Assembly: GCA_021613535.1 (NCBI GenBank)
Contig: CP075497.1
Coordinates: 7,750,001-7,814,000 of the forward strand
Length of the DNA: 64,000 nt
Reading direction: 5' to 3'
DNA from: Adineta vaga
Taxonomy: Eukaryota > Animalia > Rotifera
Under the pieces are notes generated by a model. It worked only from the letters and a program-made list of their open reading frames with translations. It searched no databases and had not been told where the DNA came from. The translations under genes were made by a program, and so were the position numbers. Position 1 is the stretch's first letter, and every line of letters starts with the position of its first letter. Below, in pieces: positions 1 through 12,583 of this stretch.

Positions 1-3000
1 AATTTGTTGTTGAATAATAAAACGAAATGTATCTAATGTTCGTGGAATGATATTCATTGTATGAAACCATTGAATACTATCGTTCTTTTTTGTTAAATCA
101 TATAGAAAACTTAAGATTGCATAACAGACACGAAAGTTATCTCGTTCCTAAAACAAAATATAACAAAATCTTCACAAAAAACAAAAAAATCAAGTTGTAC
201 TTGAGAAACTTTATGAAATAGATCAATCACATTAGAAACTGTACGTTCTTGTTTAATATTAGCAGATAATATTGCCGATTCTTCTTTTGTGATAAAGATT
301 GATAATAAATGAAATGTATGTACAAGTGCCTATAAAGAATAATTTAAATCATAACAAAGAAATCGATTTTAAATAACGAACTTTAACAGCACATTTGTAT
401 TGAGGTGTTGTCGATGGATGTATATCAATAATATCATTACAATAATCCACAAAATCAAGTAAATGTGTTAAAACAGTTGAATATCGTGTTAAGTCATGTT
501 GTTGTTGATCAATATCTACACAAAAAAAAATGAATTGGATTAAATAAAGCATTCTCTTTGTATTTTACCAGGTGTATGTTCAAGAAATATTTGAATTAAA
601 AGAACTAATGCATCTAAATAACAATATTTCACGTAAATCGAAACGTATTCTGGTCCAAGAACACAATTAGCTAAATCAATATAAGTTGGTAGAATAGTTA
701 ATGGTGCTTGAACTTTATCACTACAAATACAAATCGATTGATTACTGATGAAATATTAACAGAATAGAAATTTACTTTTTCCATTTAATATTTGCATTCA
801 TAGTTAAATTTAAACATAGCACAGCTATTTTCATACATGTTGAATCATTTCGTGTTAGAACAAGTTGTACAATGGATGCTAATTCTTCAAACCAAGTTTC
901 ACCACCTGGAAGAATTTTTTCAATTCGATCATTCTATTCGAGAAGAACAATTTATAATATCAACTCGATTCAAAATACTTACATTTAAACAAAGTAATGC
1001 TTTCGTAAAATAAATAACTGAAGAAAAGAATGAAAATGATAAGGATTGTTCATTTAACATTTCATCCTCAATATTTGATTTAAAAAATGTTCGACAAGCC
1101 TAAAAAAATTCATTCATATTTTTCATTCAATTCTTCTCATAAGAAAACTCACTTTTATCCAATGAAGAAGACAATTATTAGTTATTAATTTATTCAATAT
1201 ATCATAAAAATCATTTCCAGTTTGATCACTAAATTCAAAATTTATTTTTCTCTTTTCTATTGAGATAAAAATAATCTTACGTCGTATAGTTCAATAAATG
1301 TTGTGTTAGTAAACGAAAGGATGTTGAAACTGCTCGTTTATCTCCTGTATCCATTAATCTAATTGGAACACTTGTATTCGTAATTGGTGTAGAAATATTC
1401 TTCCAAAAATCATTTCTATAAGCAAAACAAAAGTTAAATAAGCATTGATTTATATTTTCTTACATTTTAACAAAATAATCTACAAGTAATTGAGTATGTT
1501 GTTCCCAGAATTGTGTTATGAAAGTAACAGTTAATATAAATAAATCATTTGCACCGACTTCATTCGTATTCTAAATTAAACGAGAACAAATTAGGATGAA
1601 AAATACTTTTCCATTTATTACTTGTGCACTCCATCGTAATAATTCAACGATAGGTTGTAAAATTGTTGAATTACCAAATGTAGCTGTTAGAGTTGTATTC
1701 AAATCACAGAGATAACCAAGTAATGCTGGTTGAGAATGAACGCAAACAATTAAGAAATCCAAAATAGCCATAGTTAAATCTGGAGACTAGTATTGAAAGA
1801 AATTAATCAAAGATTGTCTTAGATTTGATTCTTTACTTTTCGATCTTTGATATTTTGAATGATAAATGTTCGAAATCGTTCAATATTAGTTTCTAATAGA
1901 ATCGAAAGTCCAGGCGTGATCTAAATCCAAAGGAATTGATATCATTTTTTTATTGAAATGAATTCTTTACTTTTGCTAAACTTGTTAAACATCGAAGACA
2001 TATTGGTGCTTTAATATCATTGATATGTTGAAGTAAAAAATCAATGCAAACTTTAATTAATAACTTTGATGCAAATGGATTATTCGTTGAATTAATATTT
2101 TGATTGAAATTTTCTACTTGATAATCGATTAATGAGGAAATAATTGACATGGCATTTTGTAAACATGATTGATATGATGATCGACTCACGGGGTCAGATA
2201 ATCTAAAGTAAGAACTTCTAGAAGAAATAAAGAAATTTTCTGAAATTACGTTGTATCATTCTCAGATGGCATTGCACATTGAAGTAATGCTTGACTAACA
2301 GATGGATGTTGTAACCAACCAAAGATGAAGATTGGTGTTCTAGAAAATGATATCATTTTTATTCGAAAAAGTTTCATGTAATAAATACAAACTTGTTTTC
2401 TTCATTGTCAATAGATGGTTTAGCTGATGAAGCTAAGCAACGAATAACAACTGTCCATATTATTTTCAAACATTGTTCTCGAATTGGTAACCATCGTTTG
2501 ATTTTAATGGATTTTGGTAATGTAGAAAAAAGTATATGAAAAAGAATTGCTCGAAAACGTTCACTTGTTTCACTAATCTATTTTAGAAAAGATAAAAAAA
2601 ATATTATTTGAAAAAGTTCAATAACATACATGAATAGTTTCTCGAGTCATTTCAAGTAAGGCAAGAAAAACTGGAATCCATTCATCAGCATATTGATTTT
2701 CACCACAGAGCATTTCTAATCGACCCCAAAATGCACTATCAAGTTCTGGTAATCTATTTGGAAAGAATAATAAACGATCATTGTTAATTAATCTTTGAGA
2801 TTTACCGTGCAGCAGGATCAAGTTCACTAGAGACAATAGCATTTTTATCAACAAACGATGGAAATAAATCCGAATCAAGAAAGAGAATTGTTAAATCTAA
2901 AGAAAAAAAAACATTTATACTTCAAACATAGAAATATCTTGATTTACTTTGAGCATGTTTCATTGTTTTGAATGCTCCAATTAAAACATGCGATGGAATG

Positions 3001-6000
3001 ACATTCATTTTGCATAAACTTAAAGAAAAGAAATAGATTGCTAAAAAAAAGACGATTACTATCAATTATCGTAATTTACCTTGGCAGAAGATAAACGATT
3101 CTCAATAGAATATCATTAAATCGATCGTAATAATCTGGTCGAATAAGAATTAATGTTGATATACAATCAATAATAGCCAATGTTTTAGTAAACATCGAGA
3201 GAACATTAGGATCTGAGTCATCGACTATTTTCAACGAATTATATCATAAAATGAATGGAATTCGCAAGAATTTTCTTACCTCGATCTTGCTTTCGAACAT
3301 AACCAAGTGCTTGATCGAGTACAAGTAGGAGAAGTACTTGTGGATCATATTTAGTTGGCCAAATAATAAATTGTTGATTGAAATTATTTCGAATAAATCC
3401 TCTTGTATCTTCTTGAATAGTAACTATTCCTATAGAAGAAAAAGAAAGAATAAGAAAGCGCTTTTCAACTCCGATTTTGTTTTTTCTTGACATTTATATT
3501 CAGACTAAGAAAAAGAAGATAGACATTTTTTTGTTTATCTCATTGCTAATGATTATATAAATGATACAAGTGCAATCGCACAATAATAATGGATTGTTTC
3601 GAAGGAAAAATTATTCTAAATCTCGTGTAAGTTATTAATAAAATCAGTAGAATTATAAATGTTTTCTCTTTAGTCAAAGAAGAAACGACAGAATCGTTTA
3701 TTTATTCGTCGTTCAAAAATCTATGATTCTTTGACAAATAATAGTGAATTTCCATCTTCTACATATGATAATAATTTTACAATTAATTATCGTCCACAAT
3801 CAGCGCAATTGAGGCATAAATATATAAGACAAAATCTAGTTCATGGTGCGGGTGATGAACAAATGACTCCGCCATTAAACGAACAAAAACATATTGATTT
3901 CACTGAACTTGAACAAATCTTTGATCATGCTATTCGAAATCGTATTCCACTCGAATTATACAAAACAAAATCATCTATCCAAACCAATCACTATCCTGAA
4001 TCTCTCCCAAAACTAACTGCAAATCTTCCCGAAACACGACTAGAATTAACTAATCAATCATTCATCTATCCATCTGTTGAAGAACAAAAATCAAACTCTA
4101 TTCAAAGGAGACAATATCGTAAAATACTTCTTGGAACTACTATTGTCATATTATCAGCTCTCATCGGTTTTTTTACTGTTTTCATTTTTGTTAAATAAAA
4201 AAAAGCGCCTAAATTTCTCTTTTTTATTTTTCATATCTACACTAAATTAATATTCAATTCGAGAGAGAACAAAATAAATAAATATCTAACTGATTCCTCC
4301 TTTCCAATATTCTGTTTGTCACTTCTAAATGAATAATTTATTTATTTTTACTTGTATTCAATTCCGACGAAATATTAATATCATCGAAAATTAACATTTA
4401 CCAATGTCTCGAACAAATTTATCGAATAATAATGTGAAAAACTTGTCATCACCGACAATCAATGAAATCTATGAAAAAGTTCGACCTTTACAAACAATCT
4501 CAAATAATGATCAAGCACATGGAGATGATACTTATATTGAAAAAACCATAGAATTATTCTCACCGACAAGTCAACATATATTACAATTAACAAAAAGAAC
4601 ATGTAATATTGAACTCTACATCAGAAATGAAATCATTTTTGTACTAATACTATTTCAGCTATATCTTCATCTTCAAATGAATTTTCTCTCGAAAAGGCTA
4701 TGCAAGTTACGGATACATCCAATGAAGCAATAAAAACAGATGATGAAAATGGAATGATGAAACTTTATCCAATGTCTATATTTAATCGAAAAGGTAGTTC
4801 AAGAATCTATCCTATTCTATGATAACTTCGACTCGTTGATATAATATTTTAGAACAGGATGTAATCTTAAGTGATATTTCCTTACAACAACAACAACAAC
4901 TACAGCAATTACCTGATAATGAATGTGAATATGAAATTGATCTGGGAAATGGTTGGATAACAAAATCTCTTTCATCTTATCAATCTAACGATAAAAAACA
5001 TAAACGAACAAGATCTGTTCTTTCTGCAGATTCAAGTCAACCGATAAGTACATTCAGAATTCCATTTACAAATACATTTTATAATCAACATTTACAATCG
5101 AAACAAATTCATCGAATAAATCATGTTAATCCACCAAATGTTCTGTTCAATTCACATGATTATATACAACGACAATATTCACGAATTTCTATTAGAACAA
5201 TATCAATTTTAAGTATTGGAACAATAATTCTTGCACTTCTATTTATTCTTATATTTCTTGTTTTCTAAAACTTTCTCGACTAATTTATTTTTCATAAATA
5301 AAAAGATAAAATCATTAACAGAATTTTCTCATTGTTGTCATGCAGATTAAAATCGTTTCAGAGGAAATATCTTCTTTTCTTTTTTTCGTTTCATGTTTTA
5401 AATGCCCGTGACTGGGCATTGTCGAACTTCTAGATTCAATCAAAAATCGATTCAATTCATTCGACGTTTATCTTCTTTCTCTTCACGAACATTTCATCAT
5501 CAAAAGAAACAACATGTTCCTTTGTTATTACCACAAGCTGATAATATTACTTTGAATTTAAATACATCAGCATTCACAGAATCATCACCAAAAACAATTC
5601 TTCGATCGGGTATGATGCTAACAACATTCGATACTTCAACAACAAAAATACCTCAAGCACCACCATTACCTATGAATTTCACAGAAAAACTTTCAACTGA
5701 AACATTGAAATCTACTGAATTTACTAAAGGAATCAAAAGTCGAACAAGTTCAATAACACCTTCAGGTACAGATCTTTCTCACTTAATGTTAATTCGACCG
5801 AGTCAAATCATGGAACCACCACCTATTATTCAAATGGCAAGATCCAAAACGTATTGCAATCCAATTACAAAATCGAATCTACGAAATCGACGTCGAACAC
5901 CATTGACACCTGACGTATTAGCCTTAACAAAACTTCGTCATCCCGAACATGTTAAATCAAGTATTGTTCAACGAATAGAAGAATTGAAACAAGCTTCATT

Positions 6001-7016
6001 AACTAATTCTCAATCTATGGATGAAAAATCGACACTAATTCCATCAGAAAAACAAACAGATCTTTTCATAACATGTGAATATAAAAATACTAATCAAGAA
6101 CGTCAATGGCTCGAAGATCAAACACAAAAGAATTCTTTAATACGATTTTTAAATACAAAAAACTATTTACAATTGAATAATCGTCTCTTTCAAATACGTT
6201 CTATTGAATTTATCGATAATACAAATGTTCGTTTTTATGCTCAAGAAAAAGTTTTCGAAGAAAATTTCTTAACCAAATATTTAAAACAAATAAGTATCAT
6301 TACTATTTTAATCCTTAGTATATTACGATTAATCGAAAATACTTTATCCAATTTAGCAATACCAGGAATACAAATTATTCTAAATTTAATCTATGTTTTC
6401 ATACTAATAACTATTGCCATTATGCTCATAACAAAATCAGAAATGAAATAAAGATACATACCAGGACCATATGGATAAATATGAGATATTGCAACACATT
6501 CGTCATTATTACCACCAAGTAATGCTATGTTACAATTTTGAAAGATATGAACAGCATCAACAAGAATATCACGATCGGATAGACGATCAGCCTAAAGAAA
6601 AATTTGATAGACAATTTAATTTATTAATTATAAGAAAATCATCTACTGATTTTTGAATGTCTTTTTTGTTTTGTAAATACTTACAACAGTATCAACTTGA
6701 TCTTCATTATCTTTCATTCGTAATGCATACAATTGAAGAGTTTGTTCGAAAAAGAGAGGAAAATAATCATCAACAGATTGTAATTGACTAAGTATTGGAA
6801 CATCATTGACCTTCGAATAGAAACCAAAATTTCAATCAAATATCTTCAATCATTTTCATCACATACTCTACGCTGCATTGTTAAATTTTTTGTTGAAAGA
6901 AATTGTATAAAATACTTTCTTTCAATGTATGTGGTGGTAGGTAGAACCAACTTTCTTAACAGCCCAACAAATTGATTCGTTCTTGCATTATCCAATAGAA
7001 AACTCTGTTTTCTCGC
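1..7016 (-). CDS. NUP188: Nucleoporin NUP188-like, multi-exon, runs off the window start; 5' end unresolved
   Basis: Hand-spliced exons 7016-6867, 6810-6685 and 6591-6462, then a 3032-nt intron (6461-3430), then many short-intron exons. Peptides QSVDDYFPLFFEQTLQLY, IYPYGP|GIVTIQEDTRGFI..IIWPTKY, CLTSLAKITP, AILDFLIVCVHSQPALLGYL and FWKNISTPI appear in the same order as recalled NUP188 motifs (FPHLLSPLLQL, YPLGG..IPQGTVG..VRWEYSY, ILEFLTVAVETQPGLIELF, FWENLTSPL). Phase 1 is consistent across the long intron. Confidence 0.72.
3561..4198 (+). CDS. Orphan tail-anchored protein A, nested antisense in the NUP188 intron
   Basis: ATG 3561; GT-AG intron 3627-3673 (phase 0) joins to the 3731-4198 ORF. 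Basic N-terminus; C-terminal hydrophobic helix ILLGTTIVILSALIGFFTVFIFVK*. Confidence 0.7.
4404..5268 (+). CDS. Orphan tail-anchored protein B, nested antisense in the NUP188 intron
   Basis: Three exons (introns ~4603-4658 and ~4794-4852) splice in frame. Ends YIQRQYSRISIRTISILSIGTIILALLFILIFLVF*. Confidence 0.7.
5402..6451 (+). CDS. Orphan protein C with S/T/P-rich N-terminus and C-terminal two-helix membrane hairpin, nested in the NUP188 intron
   Basis: Single 349-aa ORF with PQAPPLP and two C-terminal hydrophobic segments. The stop lies ~10 nt from the NUP188 donor site at 6461. Confidence 0.75.
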   Translation: MPVTGHCRTSRFNQKSIQFIRRLSSFSSRTFHHQKKQHVPLLLPQADNITLNLNTSAFTESSPKTILRSGMMLTTFDTSTTKIPQAPPLPMNFTEKLSTETLKSTEFTKGIKSRTSSITPSGTDLSHLMLIRPSQIMEPPPIIQMARSKTYCNPITKSNLRNRRRTPLTPDVLALTKLRHPEHVKSSIVQRIEELKQASLTNSQSMDEKSTLIPSEKQTDLFITCEYKNTNQERQWLEDQTQKNSLIRFLNTKNYLQLNNRLFQIRSIEFIDNTNVRFYAQEKVFEENFLTKYLKQISIITILILSILRLIENTLSNLAIPGIQIILNLIYVFILITIAIMLITKSEMK

Positions 7017-7093
7017 CTCTCAAATGTAAAGAAAAAAAAAGAAAGAAAGCATCATAGATTCTTTATCTCATTTGTGAATTCAATACATATTTG

Positions 7094-7393
7094 ATGGGCC
7101 AAAAAGTTCTTCTTATAATCGGTTTACTTGCTCTTGCACACGCCGGTTATTCAGCCGCTCAACATCGTGTTTACGTTCGTCTTACGGAACAACAATTTGA
7201 ACGTTTACCTGCTGATATTATCGTTCAAACTTTAATTGCTTTTATTGCTTGTTGTTTTGGTACAGTTCAACTTTTTGGTAAATTCAAACCTATTCTCATC
7301 ACAGCTGAATGGCAAAATAAAACTTGGGATACAATTGGTAATCGTCCATCGTTTATGACATTTAACCATCGTGGTAAAAAACTATTTCATTAA
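7094..7393 (+). CDS. MMGT1: Membrane magnesium transporter / ER membrane complex subunit 5
   Basis: LAHAGYSAAQHR, LPADIIVQTL and NRPSFMTFNHRG motifs; intronless. Confidence 0.93.
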   Translation: MGQKVLLIIGLLALAHAGYSAAQHRVYVRLTEQQFERLPADIIVQTLIAFIACCFGTVQLFGKFKPILITAEWQNKTWDTIGNRPSFMTFNHRGKKLFH

Positions 7394-7521
7394 TTGAAAA
7401 AAAAAACATTCTTTTCTATTCAGCTCTTTTCTTTTCTTTTCTCTTTGCTCATTTCATTCGTTTCTATTTCTTTATGTTTAATATTTTCCAAAACTAAGTA
7501 AAAAAAAAACATTTTTGTGCA

Positions 7522-8289
7522 ATGGAAGTTTGTGTCGATAGTTTTGAATCAGCTTTAGCAGCCGTAGACGGTGGTGCACAACGTCTTGAATTATGTAGTT
7601 CACTTGATCAAGGTGGTTTAACACCATCACTTGGTTTATTAAGATTAATTCGTCAACGTTTACCTTCGGAATTAGTTGTCTTCGTTATGATTCGTTGTCG
7701 TGCAGGTGATTTTGTTTATGATGAACATGAATTAAATGTTATGGAAGAAGAAATTCAATCATTTTTACAATCAAATCAACGTGTTGATGGATTTGTATTT
7801 GGTGCACTTCATCCTGATGGAACAATTGATGTTCAAAGTTTAAAAACTTTACTTGCACATATTCCGAATGATATTTCTTTAACATTTCATCGTGCTTTTG
7901 ATTATACAGCTAAATGGGAAACAGGTATTGATCAATTGATTCAACTTGGTTTTCATCGTATTTTAACAAGTGGACAAGAAACAAATGCATATTATGGAAG
8001 AAAATGTATACGTCAAATGATTACTTACGCTCAGAATCGAATTATTATTTTACCGGGATGTGGTATTAATATGACTAATCTTGAATCAATCTTACGTGAA
8101 ACAGGTGCCAAAGAATTTCATGCTTCTGCACGTATTCGTCGACCATCAAAAATGATTTATAAAAATTTTCAAAAGAAAATTTCTTTAAATGGTCAAAATA
8201 CGGATGAAGAAGATAATTCAATTCAAGTGACAGATAAAGAAAAAGTAAAATTAATGATGGATATCTATCGAAGAGTTTTTTACAAATAA
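7522..8289 (+). CDS. CUTC: Copper homeostasis protein CutC
   Basis: MEVCVDS, GAQRLELC..GGLTPS, MIR.R.GDFVY, TFHRAFD, RILTSG, PGCGI and EFHASA motifs. Confidence 0.95.
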   Translation: MEVCVDSFESALAAVDGGAQRLELCSSLDQGGLTPSLGLLRLIRQRLPSELVVFVMIRCRAGDFVYDEHELNVMEEEIQSFLQSNQRVDGFVFGALHPDGTIDVQSLKTLLAHIPNDISLTFHRAFDYTAKWETGIDQLIQLGFHRILTSGQETNAYYGRKCIRQMITYAQNRIIILPGCGINMTNLESILRETGAKEFHASARIRRPSKMIYKNFQKKISLNGQNTDEEDNSIQVTDKEKVKLMMDIYRRVFYK

Positions 8290-8416
8290 AACTTCCTCGT
8301 TTTTTTTTTCATTTGTTTTTAAATGCTCGGCGTCTCCTTTTCCTTCTTCCGTTGTTTCGTTATGTGAGAAAAAAAAATAAAGATGTTTGTACGATGTTTT
8401 GTTTCTTTTATTAAAG

Positions 8417-10320
8417 ATGAAATGTTTCGTTCGTCGTGTCTTATTAAATGATGTCTCATTTTGTTCGATACAATCATCTTATCTATTATCATTACGTAAA
8501 AATCGACTAGGCTCTATTAGATCTTATCATAGTGATTCAATTGAAGGCAATTTAAGTGATGAACCAGCTCAAGAAGAACAACGACTATCATCACATGAGA
8601 CAACGAAAATTCTACGGACACATGAAGCTAGTGTTCATTTGGAGGTAAAATGTCCAGTAAAATATTATGAAGTAAATTATCTCGGCGCAAATAATCCTCC
8701 TGGTATGTCTATAGAAGCTGTTTCTTGTTTGTTTTAGAAAAGAAAAACACGAATTTTATTAGCTTTTGAGAAATAATTGGCATGATAATATATCATAAGT
8801 AAAGAATAAGCTAAGGAATTGGACATAATGCATGTATTGACTAATTAATAGCTAAAAAATTGTGTGTTAACTAAATAATAGTATTGTATTTGGAATATTC
8901 ATATCAAACTTATTCGTAGCACATGATTTTTATCTTGCTAATAATTAGACTGCATGCCAATTTTACTAATTATTCATCCTTTTTTCATAGAGGATCGACA
9001 AGCTCAAGCTCGTATAAATTCTAGTGATTCCAATATGCATCTATTCGGAGTTTTTGATGGTCATGGTGGTCCATGGTGTTCTGACGCAATTTGTCATCGA
9101 CTATTCGAATATATTGCTGTATCATTAAATTCACCAAATGATTTAGAAACAATTATGAAAAAGGGACGAAAAATAACAAGTAGCAATCGAACTCCTAGTC
9201 AGAATCCACGCAATCTTTCATCATTACTTTTACATTCATATTACAATCCATATAAAGATGCACGTAGTTCAAAAACAAAAGAAATACATCAAATTAATTT
9301 ATTAAAACATATCGAAGAAGTTTATACATCATTTGATGCTGATAATACAGATCTTATCAGTGCTTTAGAAAGTGCATTCGTGAAATTAGATCGTGATATA
9401 TGTGCAGAAGCAATACCAACTCCTCCACAGCCAATTAATGAAGATCTTCTAGACATTAGCACTGCTGGTTCATGTGCTTGTGTAGCACTTGTAAAAGATA
9501 CAGATCTATATATTGCTAATTGTGGTGATGCACGAGCAGTTCTTGGTAAATTATTTCAATGAAATAAATGTCTACTATAGAAATATTTATGTTCATTCTA
9601 GGTACAACGGATGATCATGGCAATACGATTGCAGTTCCTCTTTCGATTGATCATAATATTCGTAATCAGAATGAAGTTGAACGAGTACTATCTGAACATG
9701 CACCAAATGAATCTCATTCAGTCATACGTAGTGATCGATTACTTGGTTTATTGATGCCATTTCGTGCATTTGGTGATATACGTTTAAAATGGCCATTGAC
9801 TGCACTTCGAGAATATTTACAACCTTATTATAAAAAAGGTGATGCAATACCACATTTCTATTTAACACCACCATATTTAACTGCTCGACCAGAAATTACT
9901 AAACATAAAATAACAAAAAAAGATAAATTCCTTGTTCTAGCAACGGATGGTCTTTGGGATTTATTAACATCTGAAAAGGTCGTTGAATTAATTTCAAATC
10001 ATCAAAAAGGTGTTCAAAGTTTCGATCGTTTTGTCTTAACTAAAACTGAAAATAAAAAAACATCCCTTAAATTAAGAGAAATCAGTGAATTATTATCGGC
10101 ACGACAACAAGCCATTAAAAATCAACCGATGGATCAAAATTCTGCGACTGATTTAATTCGTCATGCACTTGCTTATACAGCGAAAGGAAAATTTGATAGT
10201 AAACTGCTATCGGATGTATTAACATTTCCTAACCCACGCTCAATACGCGACGATATTACAGTAACAATTGTTTATTTTGATCAAGCAAATCTTGATCAAT
10301 ATGAAGACAAACAAAAATAA
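8417..10320 (+). CDS. PDP1: Mitochondrial pyruvate dehydrogenase phosphatase (PP2C family)
   Basis: ANNPP|EDR, FGVFDGHGG, GSCACVA, ANCGDARAVLG, RLLGLLMPFRAFGD, TPPYLTARPE, LATDGLWD and RDDITV motifs; introns ~8703-8990 and ~9547-9601; basic presequence-like N-terminus. Confidence 0.92.
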
Positions 10321-10572
10321 TTCTGCTCTAAATATTTTTTTTCTACAATATATTCTTATTTTTTATTTGGATATTAAAATAACGCATCTAATTTTTTTTG
10401 TCATGTAGAATATTAGTCTAATAAAATGCAATAGAATTTAAGCGCTTATATATTTGATTTTCTTACTAATTTTTTGTAAATTTAATATTTACATTGATCC
10501 AAAGAAAAAACGAAAACTAAGAATGCGACAGCGAGTTCCTTGTGTACGTTGATCTTTATTTGAATTGTAAGA

Positions 10573-12068
10573 ATGGCACAACGATACATAGCAACATTAG
10601 ATGTATCACAGGCCGATGCACGTTTTGATGTTCATGAAACGAATGTTTTGGAAAAAGATGAAATGCAAAGTGGTGATTTATTGAGTGGAATACATACGAT
10701 TAAAGTAATGGCTTATAAAGTAGAATCATCTTCGTCATCAGTATCAACATTAGGATATGGAAATAATTTATTGAATTCTACAGTAGAATTACATATTGGT
10801 GAACGAGAAAAGGTTGGACAGGGTACTTTCGGGTAATTGCAAAGTTTGAATCGAATGAAAGCATTAGAATTGATTTCATTGCTCGATTGTAATTTGAATA
10901 GGAAAGTATATAAAGCAAAATTAATAACAACTCAAGATATTGTTGCTATTAAAGAAGTTGAAATGGAAGACAAATTCAAATCTCGAGAATTAGAAATGCT
11001 CAAAACAATGATTCATCCAAATATTGTTCGATTAAAATATTTCTTTCATGCATCATCATCCTTAAAAGATATTTTATGTTTAATTATGGAATATATGCCT
11101 ATGAGTGCTCATCGTTTAATATCTGATTATCGACGAAATCATAAAATACTTCCATTATTCTATATAAAACTATTTGCTTATCAAATGTTACGAGGTCTTA
11201 GTTATCTTCATATACAAGACGTTGTAAGTAGGTATTGATATTGAGAGATTTGTAAATTAAATGATGATTTCATTTCTAGGCACATCGTGATGTTAAACCT
11301 GCAAATATGTTGGTTGATTATGATGCAGGCACATTGAAAATTTGTGATCTTGGTAGTGCAAAGAAATTGAATAGAAATGAAAAATCGGTTTCCTATGTAA
11401 AAATAAACAGATAAATAATAGATTGATTTTGATCCGTTTATTTTAGGTATGTACTCGTTATTATCGGTAAGTGAACAAGTAATCTTTGAATATCTTCAAT
11501 CATGAGAGAATAACACCGATGCAGAGCTCCAGAACTTCTTCTTGGTTACACAGAATATACAACATCAGTTGATATATGGTCTGCTGGTTGTTGTTTAGCT
11601 GAATTTCTGAATGGTTATGCAATTTTTCGTGGTACTGATTCCAGCGACCAAATGTACAGAATAATAAAAATTATGGGAATTCCCACACGTGATGAATTGC
11701 GCGAAATGAATCCACGTTATACTGGTTCTATTGATCTAACAGTTATTACGTTTGCACCACGTACAATACGTGGTTATCTTTCTGAACGTACACAAGAATC
11801 AGCATTGATTTTACTAGAACAATTATTAAAATATAAACCAAGCGAACGTTTAACATGTCAAACAGCACTTGCATCAGAATTTTTTACTGAATTAAAACAA
11901 CATTCGATCGTTCTACCAAACAAACGTCCTCTTCCACCGTTATTTAATTTTCATGAAAATGAATTATCAAAAACTTCATATTTATATTCCATGATTGTTC
12001 CAGATTTCTTACGAACTAGTCAGCCGAATATTCATGAAATTGATCATCCAAATTTAGGATTAAAATAA
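10573..12068 (+). CDS. Divergent GSK3/shaggy-like Ser/Thr kinase
   Basis: [47 protein letters not shown]|VCTRYY|RAPELL and [13 protein letters not shown]; four short introns and a ~20-nt exon (11447-11466). Confidence 0.88.
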
Positions 12069-12184
12069 AGCATAAAATCATCATTTTCACATGTTCTCTT
12101 CTCTTTCTCTTTCTTTTTCGTTTCTCTCCTACGCTTGTTATTTATCACATGAGATATTTTTATTGACATTACGATTATATTCGT

Positions 12185-12492
12185 ATGATGAAGGTGCGCC
12201 GCCGAAACCGAGTCGCCAAAAGTGAAACTGATCGTGAATATTTGGTTGATAATAATACTACGGAACATGAACCTTCAAAAGTTTGACTTTTTGTTTCTTT
12301 TTTCTGTTCTTTTCAGTTTTTTTTCTACAGGCACGCCGATTGTTATGGAGATTTGCAAAAGGAACGTGGAAAGCTTTAAAAATTGGTTTTCAAACAGCTG
12401 TCGGTAGTCAACCATTTGCTATTGCCCTCGAGCCAACAGCCGTAGCGACAACTATAATCGAATATCGAATGTATAGAAGAGCACATCGATAA
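12185..12492 (+). CDS. Small 85-aa orphan protein with amphipathic basic helix
   Basis: ATG 12185, intron 12281-12330 (GT..CAG, phase 0): MMKVRRRNR...EPSK|ARRLLWRFAKGTWKALKIGFQ...AHR*. Confidence 0.6.
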
Positions 12493-12583
12493 TAAAGAAT
12501 GTCAGATGAATTCGGTCTTTTTTTTTCTAATATAAAAACGGTTTATTATCATGTTTATATCTAACAAAAAAAACAATCTTCTT

